Source: Elusimicrobiota bacterium (GTDB taxonomy: Bacteria; Elusimicrobiota; Elusimicrobia; FEN-1173). From it: a stretch of DNA of 64,000 nt. Below are positions 37,642 through 49,984 of this stretch, in pieces. The notes under the pieces were generated by a model. It worked only from the letters and a program-made list of their open reading frames with translations. It ran no database searches and had not been told where the DNA came from. A program made the position numbers and the translations under genes. Position 1 is the first letter of the stretch. Every line of letters begins with the position of its first letter. The DNA is taken from positions 16,981 to 80,980 of the forward strand of contig JADKCG010000018.1 of assembly GCA_016714745.1 (NCBI GenBank), given 5' to 3'.

Positions 37642-38061
37642 ATGGAGATGACGCTCAATATTCCGGCTTTATTGTTTCCGGCGGTTTCGTTGTTGATGCT
37701 GGCCTACACCAATAAATTTTTAGGCCTGGCCGCTGTTATTCGACGTTTGCACGCTGATTATAGCGCGGATCCGAGCCCCATTCACTTGGCACAAATCAAC
37801 CATTTGCGCCATCGGATTCAACTGGTTCGATCCATGCAATTCTTTGGCATCGCCAGCCTCCTTCTGTGCACTCTCTGCATGTTTTTTCTTTTTAAGGACA
37901 TGCAAGTTGCCGGGAAGTTGGTTTTTTTAATTGCCCTCATTTTTATGATTATTTCTCTGGTGATTTCCCTCATCGAGATATTTATATCGGTCGGAACTTT
38001 GGATATGTTGTTGGAAGATATCGAAAAAGAAAAACCCAGCGGGATTGGTTCCCACAAGTAA
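37642..38061 (+). CDS. small membrane protein (DUF2721-like)
   Basis: 139 aa with three hydrophobic helices. LLMLAYTNKFLGLAAVIRRLH is reminiscent of DUF2721. Confidence 0.5.
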   Translation: MEMTLNIPALLFPAVSLLMLAYTNKFLGLAAVIRRLHADYSADPSPIHLAQINHLRHRIQLVRSMQFFGIASLLLCTLCMFFLFKDMQVAGKLVFLIALIFMIISLVISLIEIFISVGTLDMLLEDIEKEKPSGIGSHK

Positions 38062-38138
38062 TGTAATTTATCTGTGTGTCTTCTTTGCGCGAGGCAAGAG
38101 CCGAACTGCACGAGCGCTCCGCCGTGTTCGCTTGGGTG

Positions 38139-38148
38139 TGCTATAATT
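38139..38148 (+). promoter_or_regulatory. extended -10 promoter element upstream of the outer-membrane protein gene
   Basis: TGTGCTATAAT (TGnTATAAT) ends 34 nt before the ATG at 38183. GGAGAA is the RBS. Confidence 0.4.
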
Positions 38149-38182
38149 TCTAAAATTCAACTTACACATTGGAGAAATCAAA

Positions 38183-38797
38183 ATGCTGCCAATCAAAAAC
38201 AAATTAACAACGCTTGTTCTGGTCTTGTCCTTAAGCGGGGGTGTGGGTCGGAAGGCGTTTTCGGCTCCGGCAGAACTGCCGACGCAGAAAACAACGGTTT
38301 TTTCACAACTTGGGCTTGCTCTCCCGGCCGTGGGGGATATGGGGGACATCGCCGATACGGGCCTCTTTTTTGGAGCGCAAGTGATGCAAGAAGTCGAACC
38401 AAACGCGAGCTTTGGTTTCGGGGTCAGTTATTATTCTTTCGGAAAAGCATCCGAAGACCAAGTGGACACCTCTGTTAGTGTTCTAAGCACCATGATGATG
38501 ACCCATCACACCCTTGGCGCCCGGGGCAGTACCTCTCCATTTGTTAAAACGGGCTTGGGTTTCGCGCGCACACAAGTGAATATAAATTCGGGAACCACCA
38601 CGGGGTCCGCCCCTGTGGAGCAGGGCACTAACCAGGAGGATATAAGCCCCACCTTGTTGCTCGGGCTGGGCTTCGATATGAAAGTTTCCCAGGGCGCTCT
38701 GTTGGGCATGAGCCTGGACTATCAGCATTTCTTCTTCAGAGTGGGCGATGTGAATGGCGGTGGCTCCTTTAACGTTGTCGCCCACGTGCGGATGTAA
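38183..38797 (+). CDS. outer-membrane beta-barrel protein (OmpW/OmpA-barrel-like)
   Basis: It has a signal peptide, alternating-hydrophobicity strands and a C-terminal ...FNVVAHVRM with an aromatic-rich terminal strand. Confidence 0.6.
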   Translation: MLPIKNKLTTLVLVLSLSGGVGRKAFSAPAELPTQKTTVFSQLGLALPAVGDMGDIADTGLFFGAQVMQEVEPNASFGFGVSYYSFGKASEDQVDTSVSVLSTMMMTHHTLGARGSTSPFVKTGLGFARTQVNINSGTTTGSAPVEQGTNQEDISPTLLLGLGFDMKVSQGALLGMSLDYQHFFFRVGDVNGGGSFNVVAHVRM

Positions 38798-38899
38798 CTT
38801 GTAAAGGCTCTTCTGGGGTGGTGCGGACGAGTCGCCTGGGGGCGCAAGCCCCCGGGGACAGTGTTGAAGAGTCATTACAGCTTCAAACTGGAGCAGGAA

Positions 38900-39466
38900 A
38901 TGACACGAAGATCGCCCGTCCTTTTAGCGTTTTTTTGCCTTTCTCTTTTATCGGCCCAAGCCCAGGAGGCACAAATGAAAACCCTGTATGACTTTACCAT
39001 GAAAAATATTGACGGCACCGAAACCCCGCTTTCGAACTATAAGGGGAAAGTGGTTTTGGTGGTTAACGTGGCCAGTCGGTGTGGGTTTACTCCTCAATAC
39101 GAAGGGTTGGAATCCCTTTACCAGCAATTCAAGGAGAAAGGATTTTTAGTGCTGGGATTTCCCGCCAACAATTTTTTGTGGCAAGAACCGGGCAGTGACG
39201 CCGAAATCAAAACGTTCTGTAGCACCAAATACAACGTCTCGTTTCCTTTGTTCTCGAAAATATCGGTGCGGGGAAAAGATCAACACCCCCTGTATGCGTG
39301 GTTGACAAACAAGGAAGCCAATCCGAAATTCTCCGGCGCCATTTCCTGGAACTTTAATAAGTTCTTGATCGGTCGGGACGGCACCGTGGCGGCCCGATTT
39401 GGCAGTAAAGAAGCTCCCGGTTCCGAGAATCTGAAAAAGGCCATCGAGGCCGCGCTGGGCCAATAG
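38900..39466 (+). CDS. glutathione peroxidase (Cys type), secreted
   Basis: VVLVVNVASRCGFTPQYEGLESLY and LGFPANNFLWQEPG are present. The start at 38900 has a GGAGCAGGA RBS and a signal peptide MTRRSPVLLAFFCLSLLSAQA. Confidence 0.85.
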   Translation: MTRRSPVLLAFFCLSLLSAQAQEAQMKTLYDFTMKNIDGTETPLSNYKGKVVLVVNVASRCGFTPQYEGLESLYQQFKEKGFLVLGFPANNFLWQEPGSDAEIKTFCSTKYNVSFPLFSKISVRGKDQHPLYAWLTNKEANPKFSGAISWNFNKFLIGRDGTVAARFGSKEAPGSENLKKAIEAALGQ

Positions 39467-39472
39467 ATCTTT

Positions 39473-40486
39473 ATGAAACCACCTATCCCAGAGGTTCCGT
39501 TGCCGGTTTGGAAAAATCTTTATGAGGCCGCTCTGCGATTTCAAGCGTTACGACCTTGGACAATTCTGGATGACACACATCTCGTGGGTGTCCAAAACCC
39601 CTTGAGCGGAGAAATCGGATACGGCTGTTGTATGGGAAATGGGGGCACGCTTTTTGGCCTTTGTTTTTATCGGGGATCGGCCGGGTTTGATGCTTTTCTG
39701 CGACTTGTGTCCGGCGAAATTTTGCCGGAGTCCATGGACAATTTGTTCATTCAAGATTGCCTGAAATTTGAATTGGGACCCAAATCGGAGCTGGATGAAG
39801 AGGCGATGGCCGTTATTAAAAAACTCGGTTTGGCGTTTAAAGGGAAACAGGCCTGGCCGGAATTTCGAAGTTTATCGCCAGGGTTTTATCCATGGCATTT
39901 GGATGAAACCGAGGCGCGGTTTTTAACGGAGGGGTTGAACAGCGTTTGCCATCATTTTCAACAAATTCAATCCGGAAAGACCACCGAATCCGTTCGGGAG
40001 GGGGAAGTTTTGGTGTATACGCCCACGTCTGACGGATACACGGCCTGCTGGAGGAAATGGCCCATTCATCGCCCGCCGCCCCCGCCACCCCTGGAAATGG
40101 ATTATGTCCGCGTGCGCCATCTTTTGGCAAAGGGAACAAAACCGGACAATCCCTGGGAAGCGGGGACATTTTACTCTCCCAGTCCGGTCAGCGAAGGCGA
40201 CCGTCCGTATTTCCCAAAAATCGCCTTGGTCACCCAGGCTTCCTCCGGGTTTATTTTTGATTCCCATCTTTTCGGCCCGATGGAAAATGACGTTCAGTCA
40301 CTGTCACAGGTGATCCTGGGCGCCATTGAGAACCATGGGTTTTTGCCTTCGGAAATATTGTTTTCTGACGGACGATTAATGACGGCCCTGACCCCCTTGT
40401 CCGTGGCCCTGGGTGTTCGTTTTGTGCAAGTAAAAACCCTCCCAACACTTGAGGAAGCGAAGGAGGGGTTCATTCAAGCCTTCTAA
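39473..40486 (+). CDS. hypothetical protein
   Basis: 337-aa ORF with ordinary globular composition. No family recognised. Confidence 0.5.
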   Translation: MKPPIPEVPLPVWKNLYEAALRFQALRPWTILDDTHLVGVQNPLSGEIGYGCCMGNGGTLFGLCFYRGSAGFDAFLRLVSGEILPESMDNLFIQDCLKFELGPKSELDEEAMAVIKKLGLAFKGKQAWPEFRSLSPGFYPWHLDETEARFLTEGLNSVCHHFQQIQSGKTTESVREGEVLVYTPTSDGYTACWRKWPIHRPPPPPPLEMDYVRVRHLLAKGTKPDNPWEAGTFYSPSPVSEGDRPYFPKIALVTQASSGFIFDSHLFGPMENDVQSLSQVILGAIENHGFLPSEILFSDGRLMTALTPLSVALGVRFVQVKTLPTLEEAKEGFIQAF

Positions 40487-40648
40487 ACGGCCCCGTCCTA
40501 AATTAATTAAAAACGGCGCAGGGCCCGTGACGGGGATAAACGAAAAATGAATATTGTTTTATGAAACGCAAAATAAAAATTTACAATTTGTTTACAACTT
40601 CTTTCGAAAATCTTCGGAGGCTAATGATTAAAATTTTTCACACCAACC

Positions 40649-41080
40649 ATGCCTGATTTTCCTGTAAATCCCAACACCTGGAAGACGTTGGAAGACCGCC
40701 TTAATGCCGTGGGGGTCCATGAATCGGATTTGGAGGAGCGGTTTGTTCGGTCGGGCGGGGCGGGGGGACAAAACGTCAACAAAGTCTCGAGTTGCGTTAT
40801 CCTTGTCCACGTGCCTTCTGGGATGACGGTTCGCTGTCAAGAAGAACGGTCTCAGGCAATGAACCGCTTTCGTGCGCGACAACGGTTGGCGGAAAAAATG
40901 GAAGTGCGCCTCCTTGGTGCCGCGAGCGCAAAACGTCAGAAAATCGAAAAAATAAGGCGGCAAAAGCGCCGACGAAGCCGCCGCGCCAAAGAAAAAATGT
41001 TGGCCGACAAACGGCATGTGTCTCAAATCAAAGAAACCCGCCGCGCTCCCGATTTTGAGCGTGCCCCTGAAATTTTGTGA
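40649..41080 (+). CDS. GGQ-motif RF-1-domain protein (ArfB-like peptidyl-tRNA hydrolase)
   Basis: SGGAGGQNVNKVSS plus a strongly basic C-terminal tail (RRQKRRRSRRAKEK). 143 aa. Confidence 0.65.
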   Translation: MPDFPVNPNTWKTLEDRLNAVGVHESDLEERFVRSGGAGGQNVNKVSSCVILVHVPSGMTVRCQEERSQAMNRFRARQRLAEKMEVRLLGAASAKRQKIEKIRRQKRRRSRRAKEKMLADKRHVSQIKETRRAPDFERAPEIL

Positions 41081-41206
41081 TATCCGGGATTCCCCGGTTG
41101 GCACAGGGCTACCGTCGACAGGGTCTGGAACAGAATTTTCCAGCCCTCCCGGACGGACATGGTCAGACAATTGAAATCTTCAGGATAACAGTGAAAGGAG
41201 CCTGAT

Positions 41207-41587
41207 ATGGGATTATTAAAAAAAGTTTTTTCCCCGCTTTGTCTTCTGCTGGGGCTGTCTCTGGGGTGTGCCGCAAAGGACAAAAAGTGGGTGGATGTGA
41301 CTGCGGTCGAGGCCGCGGCCCTGATGAAGGATCCCAACGTTTTTTTGCTTGATGTCCGAACGGCCGAGGAGTATGCCGATCGCCATATTCCCAAAAGCGT
41401 TCTCGTTCCTGTCCAGGTCCTTGACCAACAAATCGAACGCCTTCCTCAGAATAAATCCCAGCCCATCCTCCTCTACTGCCGCTCTGGGAACCGATCCAAA
41501 ACGGCCGCACATCTTTTGTACGACAAGGGATATCGCAATCTTTACAACTTAAAAGGCGGAATCCTCTCCTGGCCGGAGAAAGAATGA
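41207..41587 (+). CDS. rhodanese-domain lipoprotein
   Basis: Lipobox LGLSLGCA, LLDVRTAEEY, and the active-site loop YCRSGNRS. Confidence 0.8.
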   Translation: MGLLKKVFSPLCLLLGLSLGCAAKDKKWVDVTAVEAAALMKDPNVFLLDVRTAEEYADRHIPKSVLVPVQVLDQQIERLPQNKSQPILLYCRSGNRSKTAAHLLYDKGYRNLYNLKGGILSWPEKE

Positions 41588-41741
41588 TCATCAGGGGGGA
41601 AATAAAATATCCCCCGGGAGGGCTCGATCTAGTCCAGAACTTTCGGTTGGGATTAGACCAGTGGAAGAAATGTTTTTTCAGGGGGGGCCTCTATTCGCTG
41701 GGATTCATTCCTCTCAGATGGAATTTTGGTAGTTGGGCGCA

Positions 41742-41770
41742 TTGACAGGGTCTTTGCCCTGTGCTAACAT
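41742..41770 (+). promoter_or_regulatory. sigma70-like promoter upstream of the phosphohexomutase gene
   Basis: TTGACA (41742-41747), a 17-nt spacer, then TAACAT (41765-41770). The spacer contains the inverted repeat CAGGG-tctttg-CCCTG. Confidence 0.5.
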
Positions 41771-41818
41771 CGCGGCACTTTATCTTTTATCGTTAGAAAA
41801 CAAAGGCGAACCTATCCC

Positions 41819-44667
<2,849 letters not shown>

Positions 44668-44669
44668 AA

Positions 44670-44987
44670 ATGCGTTCTGGGATCCTGCGCGGTCGCGCGC
44701 TCTGGGTCCTGGTGGGCGGGTTGGCCGTGGCGGTTCTCATTTCCGGCGGAGCCGTTCGGCGGTATTGGGTTCGCCATCGGGAATTAAACCGCTTGGAAGA
44801 CCGTCTCGCGGAGGTGCGGCGAAAGGTCCGTACGCTCGAAGCGCGTCGGGCCCGGGCGGAGAACGATGCCGAGTTCATCGAAACAGCGGCCCGGCGCGAA
44901 CTCGGGCTTCTGGCGTCTGACGAAATTGAGTTCCGCTTTGTGCTTAAGTCTTCGAGCGCAACGATGACATTGAACGACAAGCCCTAA
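44670..44987 (+). CDS. ftsB: FtsB/DivIC-family septum formation initiator
   Basis: A single TM is followed by a coiled coil (RELNRLEDRLAEVRRKVRTLEARRARAENDAEFIETAARRELGL). It occupies the conserved position after eno. Confidence 0.7.
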   Translation: MRSGILRGRALWVLVGGLAVAVLISGGAVRRYWVRHRELNRLEDRLAEVRRKVRTLEARRARAENDAEFIETAARRELGLLASDEIEFRFVLKSSSATMTLNDKP

Positions 44988-44999
44988 AAAGGAGCCCCC

Positions 45000-45161
45000 A
45001 TGTCCGACACTCTTTGCCCCAAATGCAACGCCAAAGGCCATGTTCAGATCAAACTTTCCAGAACCGAAAAAAATGTGGATATGAAATATTACGAATGTTC
45101 CGCGTGTAAGAGTCTTTGGACGAATTCCATCGACATCGCCCCTCTCCCGGTTGAAGCCTGA
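45000..45161 (+). CDS. small zinc-ribbon protein (53 aa)
   Basis: My own translation is MSDTLCPKCNAKGHVQIKLSRTEKNVDMKYYECSACKSLWTNSIDIAPLPVEA, with two CxxC pairs. An AAGGAG RBS lies 5 nt upstream. It is below the ORF-track size cutoff. Confidence 0.5.
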   Translation: MSDTLCPKCNAKGHVQIKLSRTEKNVDMKYYECSACKSLWTNSIDIAPLPVEA

Positions 45162-46701
45162 TTTTATAGTTCCGCCTCTCTCCTTTCGGGATCGTGAGGC
45201 TCTTCGATCCCGCGGGGTTTCCTCTCAAGACGTCGTTCGTCAATGTCGTCTTTTGAGAAACCCGCCGCCGCCCCCCGCCCTTCTCAGACCCTGTTCGATT
45301 GGAGATGGACTGGAGAGGCTGACTCCATTTCGTCGAGGGGACCTGGTTCGTTTGGCGACGTCAGCCGTGAGAGCAGGACGTTTGTCTCTTTTTGTCCCCG
45401 CGTCGGGGGCCGCCTCGCGGCTTTTTGTCTCTCTCCTTCAATTGGATCGGTTTCGAAAGACCGGGGGACCGAACACCAGCGCCCTCCTCCTTGACCGCTC
45501 ACATCCTTTTGGTCTGCCGGCCGCCCGCTTCTTTTCCAACCTCCGGCGGTTGGCTCTTTTTGAAAATCTCAAAAACGTTCTGGCGTCCCGAGGCCGTGAC
45601 CTCTCACGCCTTTTAGCGTTGAAAGATTTCGATCCTGTTTTGGATGCTCTCTTTGATCCGTCGGGTCTCGATGTGGCCCGTTGGCCGAAAGCCTTGATCC
45701 CATTTCATCGACAGGGGCGACGGGTACTAACGGCTTTTGAAGAGCATCTGGCAGAATCTCTGGCGTTCGGGGTGCGGAAGGCTCATTTTACTGTTCCCCA
45801 GGAGTATTTGTCGGAGTTCAGACGGCGGGGAAAAAAATGGGTGCGCCTTCATGTTCATCGGCGGGGGGGGCGGTTTCGACTGACGTTCAGCGTTCAAGAT
45901 CCTGCAACGGACACGCTGGCGCTGGAAAAAGGAAAGGGCTGGGTTCATGCCTCGGACGGATCACTGCTTTTGCGGCCGGGTGGCCACGGCGCGCTCCTGG
46001 GTAACCTTGAACGCACAAGGGGTGACATCGTGTTGGTTCGGAACATCGATAACGTGCCTGTGGCTTCCTTCCAGGCCATAGGCAACACATGGCGAAAGGC
46101 AATGGTCGGGCGCTTGATCGAGGCTCAAACCGAAGCGGCCGTTTGGATCCGTGGGATCTTAAAAAGGGACTGTTCGGAAGACACGCTTCTCGGGGCTGAA
46201 AAATTTATTCAAAGGACCTTGGGAATCCATTGCCGCCCGCTGTCTTTCGCGAAACGGAGGGTTCAAGCGCTTGCGCTTTTAAATCGTCCCTGGCGCGTGT
46301 GCGGTATGGTGCCAAACACGGGCGATCCCGGCGGCGGCCCCTATTGGGTTGACGGGAAAGCGGGGCCCTGCCGTCAAATCGTGGAAGGGTCCCAGCTTGT
46401 AAAATCCCAGAAAAAATTACTCCTTCGCTCCACCCATTTTAATCCAGTGGATATGGTCGTAGGGCTTAAAGATGTGAAGGGGCGCCCTTTTAAACTGGAA
46501 CGTTATTCAGACCCCTCGCAGGCCATTATCTCCAACAAACATTTTGAAGGGCGAGAGATTCAAACCTTTGAACATCCGGGGCTTTGGAACGGCGCCATGG
46601 CCTATTGGAACACAATATTCGTCGAGCTTCCGGCCCGGATTTTCCATCCGGTCAAAACGATCACGGATCTGCTCCTCTCAGGCCACACGGTTCGCGTTTA
46701 A
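45151..46701 (+). CDS. DUF4301-like protein (nucleotidyltransferase-like fold); start uncertain
   Basis: 516-aa ORF with GVSSQDVVRQCRLL ... SIGDGL ... VPASGAASR ... LLRPGGHGAL ... NIDN. I remember this pattern from DUF4301 family members. The track start overlaps the zinc-ribbon ORF. Confidence 0.5.
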   Translation: MKPDFIVPPLSFRDREALRSRGVSSQDVVRQCRLLRNPPPPPALLRPCSIGDGLERLTPFRRGDLVRLATSAVRAGRLSLFVPASGAASRLFVSLLQLDRFRKTGGPNTSALLLDRSHPFGLPAARFFSNLRRLALFENLKNVLASRGRDLSRLLALKDFDPVLDALFDPSGLDVARWPKALIPFHRQGRRVLTAFEEHLAESLAFGVRKAHFTVPQEYLSEFRRRGKKWVRLHVHRRGGRFRLTFSVQDPATDTLALEKGKGWVHASDGSLLLRPGGHGALLGNLERTRGDIVLVRNIDNVPVASFQAIGNTWRKAMVGRLIEAQTEAAVWIRGILKRDCSEDTLLGAEKFIQRTLGIHCRPLSFAKRRVQALALLNRPWRVCGMVPNTGDPGGGPYWVDGKAGPCRQIVEGSQLVKSQKKLLLRSTHFNPVDMVVGLKDVKGRPFKLERYSDPSQAIISNKHFEGREIQTFEHPGLWNGAMAYWNTIFVELPARIFHPVKTITDLLLSGHTVRV

Positions 46702-46807
46702 CCCGGACTTCGCCATAGGCGCGAGCACCGAGATGAAGAAGTCCCGGATTCTTCGTCGAATGCCGTGTCCTATTGTAAAATCCGGGTTTAAGGTAGAATT
46801 ATTTCAT

Positions 46808-47653
46808 ATGAAAATGGCTGTGATGATCGTTCATGGAGTGGGCCGCCCAGATCCCGGTTTTGCGGACGGGATGATGGCGTCATTGAGATCTCGTTTTTTG
46901 GCCGCCACGGGGTCAGACGATCTTGTGATGCGTCCCGCGTTTTGGGCGCCGGTGCTCCAAGACAGAGAGAACGAATTGTGGCGCCGGCTGGGGGCGGGCG
47001 GGCCCATGGATTTTATCAAGTTGCGCCGTTTTATGATGGATTTCGCCGCCGACGCCATCGCTTACCAACCCGCTCCTCGGGAACGAAACATTTACGAAAA
47101 TGTCCACCAGGTGCTGGCCCACACCCTTCAGGAATTAAGCGCGGCGGCGGGGCCCGGTGCCCCGCTTGTCGTGATCGCCCACAGCCTGGGCACGGTGATT
47201 GCTTCCAATTACATCTACGACCTTCAAAATCAACGGAAACGGAAAACCGTACCGGCGCGAGTGATGAAAAAAGTGGGGACGACCCCCGTTGATCGCCTCG
47301 AAACGTTGGCCGCGTTTTTTACGTTGGGCAGTCCCCTGGCTCTTTGGAGTCTCCGTTACAGCGAATTTGGAAAACCAATTCAAGTCCCCTCCCCTCAGCT
47401 CAGAACCCATTTCCCCCAAGCGAAAGGCGGATGGATTAATTTTTACGACCAAGACGACGTGATCGGGTATCCCCTTCGGACGATCAACTCAGCCTACAAG
47501 GGCGCCGTCAAAGAAGATCGTGCCGTCAATGTCGGAGGCCTTCTGTCTTCCTGGAACCCCACCGCTCACACAGAGTATTGGACCGACAGGGACGTTCTCG
47601 GGCAGATCGCAGACGAACTGGTGGCCCTTCGCCATCAAACGCGGAAGGTCTAA
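46808..47653 (+). CDS. alpha/beta-hydrolase-like protein
   Basis: The start MKMAVMIVHGVG is chosen at 46808. The nucleophile-elbow-like motif is VVIAHSLGTVIA. The upstream part of track ORF 46544.. overlaps the preceding gene and looks non-coding. Confidence 0.5.
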   Translation: MKMAVMIVHGVGRPDPGFADGMMASLRSRFLAATGSDDLVMRPAFWAPVLQDRENELWRRLGAGGPMDFIKLRRFMMDFAADAIAYQPAPRERNIYENVHQVLAHTLQELSAAAGPGAPLVVIAHSLGTVIASNYIYDLQNQRKRKTVPARVMKKVGTTPVDRLETLAAFFTLGSPLALWSLRYSEFGKPIQVPSPQLRTHFPQAKGGWINFYDQDDVIGYPLRTINSAYKGAVKEDRAVNVGGLLSSWNPTAHTEYWTDRDVLGQIADELVALRHQTRKV

Positions 47654-48453
47654 TGGTTTTCAATCAGCCCCTCGCGTATCGATCTTTGCCTCCCGCGGTC
47701 AAATCTTTATTGACGATCACGGTGGCTGTTTTTGCCCTTCAATGGCTTTTTTCTTTTATCGGAGGGCCAAACCTCGTTGGAATTTTTGGTCTAACCCCCG
47801 GGGTTGTCACCGGCGATTTCTGGGTCTGGCAGATCGTGACGTATATGTTTCTTCACGGGGGCCCGTTTCATCTGCTGTTCAATTGTTACATGTTGTGGGC
47901 CCTGGGCAAAGTCATCGAGGTTCAGTGGGGAACAAAATCGTTCCTTTTTTATTATTTCCTTTGCGGGGGAGGGGCGGCGGTCGTCAACGTGTTGGTGGAG
48001 CCCCATGCCCTGATCCCCGTGGTGGGGGCTTCGGGGGCGATCTATGGCCTGTTGGTGGCTTTCGCGATGATGTACCCGGACGCCGTGTTCCTCGTTATGT
48101 TCATTGTCCCACTGAAGGCGAAACACGCGGTTATTTTCTTTGCCATCTTGGAACTGATGTTCAGCGCCTCGGCCAACACCTCTCACGTCGCTAACCTCGC
48201 CCATCTGGGCGGGTTGGCCACAGGGTTTCTCTATCTTAAAAGTCGGACCTGGCGATATAATCTTCGGTTATGGAAAAGCCGCTTGACCCAAGGGGTTCGT
48301 CAAAAACCATCGCCGAAACCCACCATTCGGTTGCACGAACTCGGCGCTGAGGTGGACCGGATTTTAGAAAAAATCTCCCAACAGGGCCGATCCAGTCTCA
48401 CCCAGGACGAACAGGAACTGCTCGAACGCTATTCCCGAATGAAACGCTCATAG
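47653..48453 (+). CDS. rhomboid-family intramembrane serine protease
   Basis: GASGAIYGLL (catalytic Ser), LAHLGG (catalytic His) and the HLLFNCYMLW helix are present. The ATG overlaps the upstream TAA as TAATG. Confidence 0.85.
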   Translation: MVFNQPLAYRSLPPAVKSLLTITVAVFALQWLFSFIGGPNLVGIFGLTPGVVTGDFWVWQIVTYMFLHGGPFHLLFNCYMLWALGKVIEVQWGTKSFLFYYFLCGGGAAVVNVLVEPHALIPVVGASGAIYGLLVAFAMMYPDAVFLVMFIVPLKAKHAVIFFAILELMFSASANTSHVANLAHLGGLATGFLYLKSRTWRYNLRLWKSRLTQGVRQKPSPKPTIRLHELGAEVDRILEKISQQGRSSLTQDEQELLERYSRMKRS

Positions 48454-48487
48454 AGACACCTCCTCCCGTCCTTGCCGCCGGGTGTTG

Positions 48488-49876
48488 CTAGGCTCCAAAT
48501 CGTTTAAGAATCATAGCGCCGCCCAGCCCTCCGGACGCGCAGGCCGCGACCATGCCGAACCTTGAATTTTTCTCTTCTTGCATGGAAAAAATCAAATTCA
48601 GCAATAACCTCACCCCGGTGGCGGCGAGGGGATGGCCCAGGGCCAATGTCCCTCCGTTGGGATTGACGAGGCCTTGGGCATTGGCCGATTCCCAGTTTTG
48701 CCGGTATTTTTCTTTTCCCACGCGAAAAATCGAGAGGCACGTGGCCGCGAAGGCCTCGTGCAACTCAATGTGGTCAAGGTCGCTGAAATGAATTCCGGCA
48801 CGGTCGAGAGCGAGGCTGGTGGCAAAAACGGGCGCTATTCCCATATAGGCGGGGCTTGACCCCCAAAACCCCCACGCATTCACCTCCGCCAAAATATTCA
48901 GGTCAAGGTCCCGGGCCCGTTCTTCGGAGGTGACGATGACCACAGCCGCCCCGTCTGACCTCGCGCAGGCGTTAAAGAGGCTCACAGTGCCTTTCGTTTT
49001 TCCTTCCTCGTATGTTTTCCCTAAAATGATGTCCTTGTTGTCTCGATAAAAATCTTTGATGGAGTATGACGGCCCGTCGAAAAGGGTGGGGGCCTTTTCC
49101 AGCAGTCTGGGTTTTTGCACCAGGCTTTCCCTCAGGAAAGGGTTTTCGTCCTGGTCGAGGGCCGTGACTCCATTGAGGGCGACGGGGACCACGTGGGACT
49201 TGTAAAAACCCCGCCGCTCCGCGATGAGGCCTTTTTTATAGCTGTTGAGGGCGTAAGCGTCTTGGGCGTCACGCGAAATGGAGTAAATCTGAGCGCAGAC
49301 TTCAGCCGTTGCGGCCATGTTGATTTTGCAAATGGGATCGGTGAGACCCTCTTCCGTGGTGTCGGTGATGAAGACGTCGGGGTCGTCCCATAATTCGGAC
49401 CAGTGAGCTTTGACCGTTTCAATTGATCGGAGCTTTTTGTGGTTTCGGTGTCCGCGGATGGCGTAGGGGAAATTAGACATGGACTCTGTGCCGCCGGCGA
49501 GGTAGAGGTCCCCATCCCCCATAATGATATGGCGATAAGCGCTGGCGACGGTTTCCAAACTTGAAATGCAATTTTGTTGGATGGTGTAGGCTTGCACTTT
49601 TTCCGGCAAACCGGCTTTTAGCGCGGAGACCCGAGCGATGTTCGGAGCGTGGGATCCTTGACCGACCCACCCCACCAACACACCGTCCACCGCGTGGGGA
49701 TAGAGCGATGTTTTCTGCATGAGCGCTCGGATCGCCACCTCCATCAACTCTTCCGGCAGGAACCCCGCCAGGCTTTTTCCAGAATGGCCGATGGGCGTTC
49801 GGGCCCCGCCACAAATAACCACTTTTTTGTTTGTCGGTTTCATGGGGTCTCTCTCTGGCCTTAACCCTACCCCCAC
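48488..49876 (-). CDS. thiolase-family acetyl-CoA C-acyltransferase
   Basis: VVICGGARTPIG ... QQNCISSLE (Cys nucleophile region) ... NPNGGTLALGHPLAATG ... ACASGGLGGAMIL. The likely start is MKPTNKK at 49843. Confidence 0.85.
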   Translation of the reverse strand: MGVGLRPERDPMKPTNKKVVICGGARTPIGHSGKSLAGFLPEELMEVAIRALMQKTSLYPHAVDGVLVGWVGQGSHAPNIARVSALKAGLPEKVQAYTIQQNCISSLETVASAYRHIIMGDGDLYLAGGTESMSNFPYAIRGHRNHKKLRSIETVKAHWSELWDDPDVFITDTTEEGLTDPICKINMAATAEVCAQIYSISRDAQDAYALNSYKKGLIAERRGFYKSHVVPVALNGVTALDQDENPFLRESLVQKPRLLEKAPTLFDGPSYSIKDFYRDNKDIILGKTYEEGKTKGTVSLFNACARSDGAAVVIVTSEERARDLDLNILAEVNAWGFWGSSPAYMGIAPVFATSLALDRAGIHFSDLDHIELHEAFAATCLSIFRVGKEKYRQNWESANAQGLVNPNGGTLALGHPLAATGVRLLLNLIFSMQEEKNSRFGMVAACASGGLGGAMILKRFGA

Positions 49877-49984
49877 TTCCGCCCTTTGTCAACAGGGAAA
49901 TAGGCAAGGCTCTGAAAATAAATATCCCCCCAACTCTCGGTCAGACCATACGCCTTGTCGGAAGATTTGGGGTATAATGTCGCC

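Noticed and set aside
46544-46807. The N-terminal 88 aa of track ORF 46544..47653
   Set aside because: It overlaps the end of the preceding DUF4301-like gene in another frame and has an unconvincing composition. MKMAVMIVHG at 46808 is the credible start.
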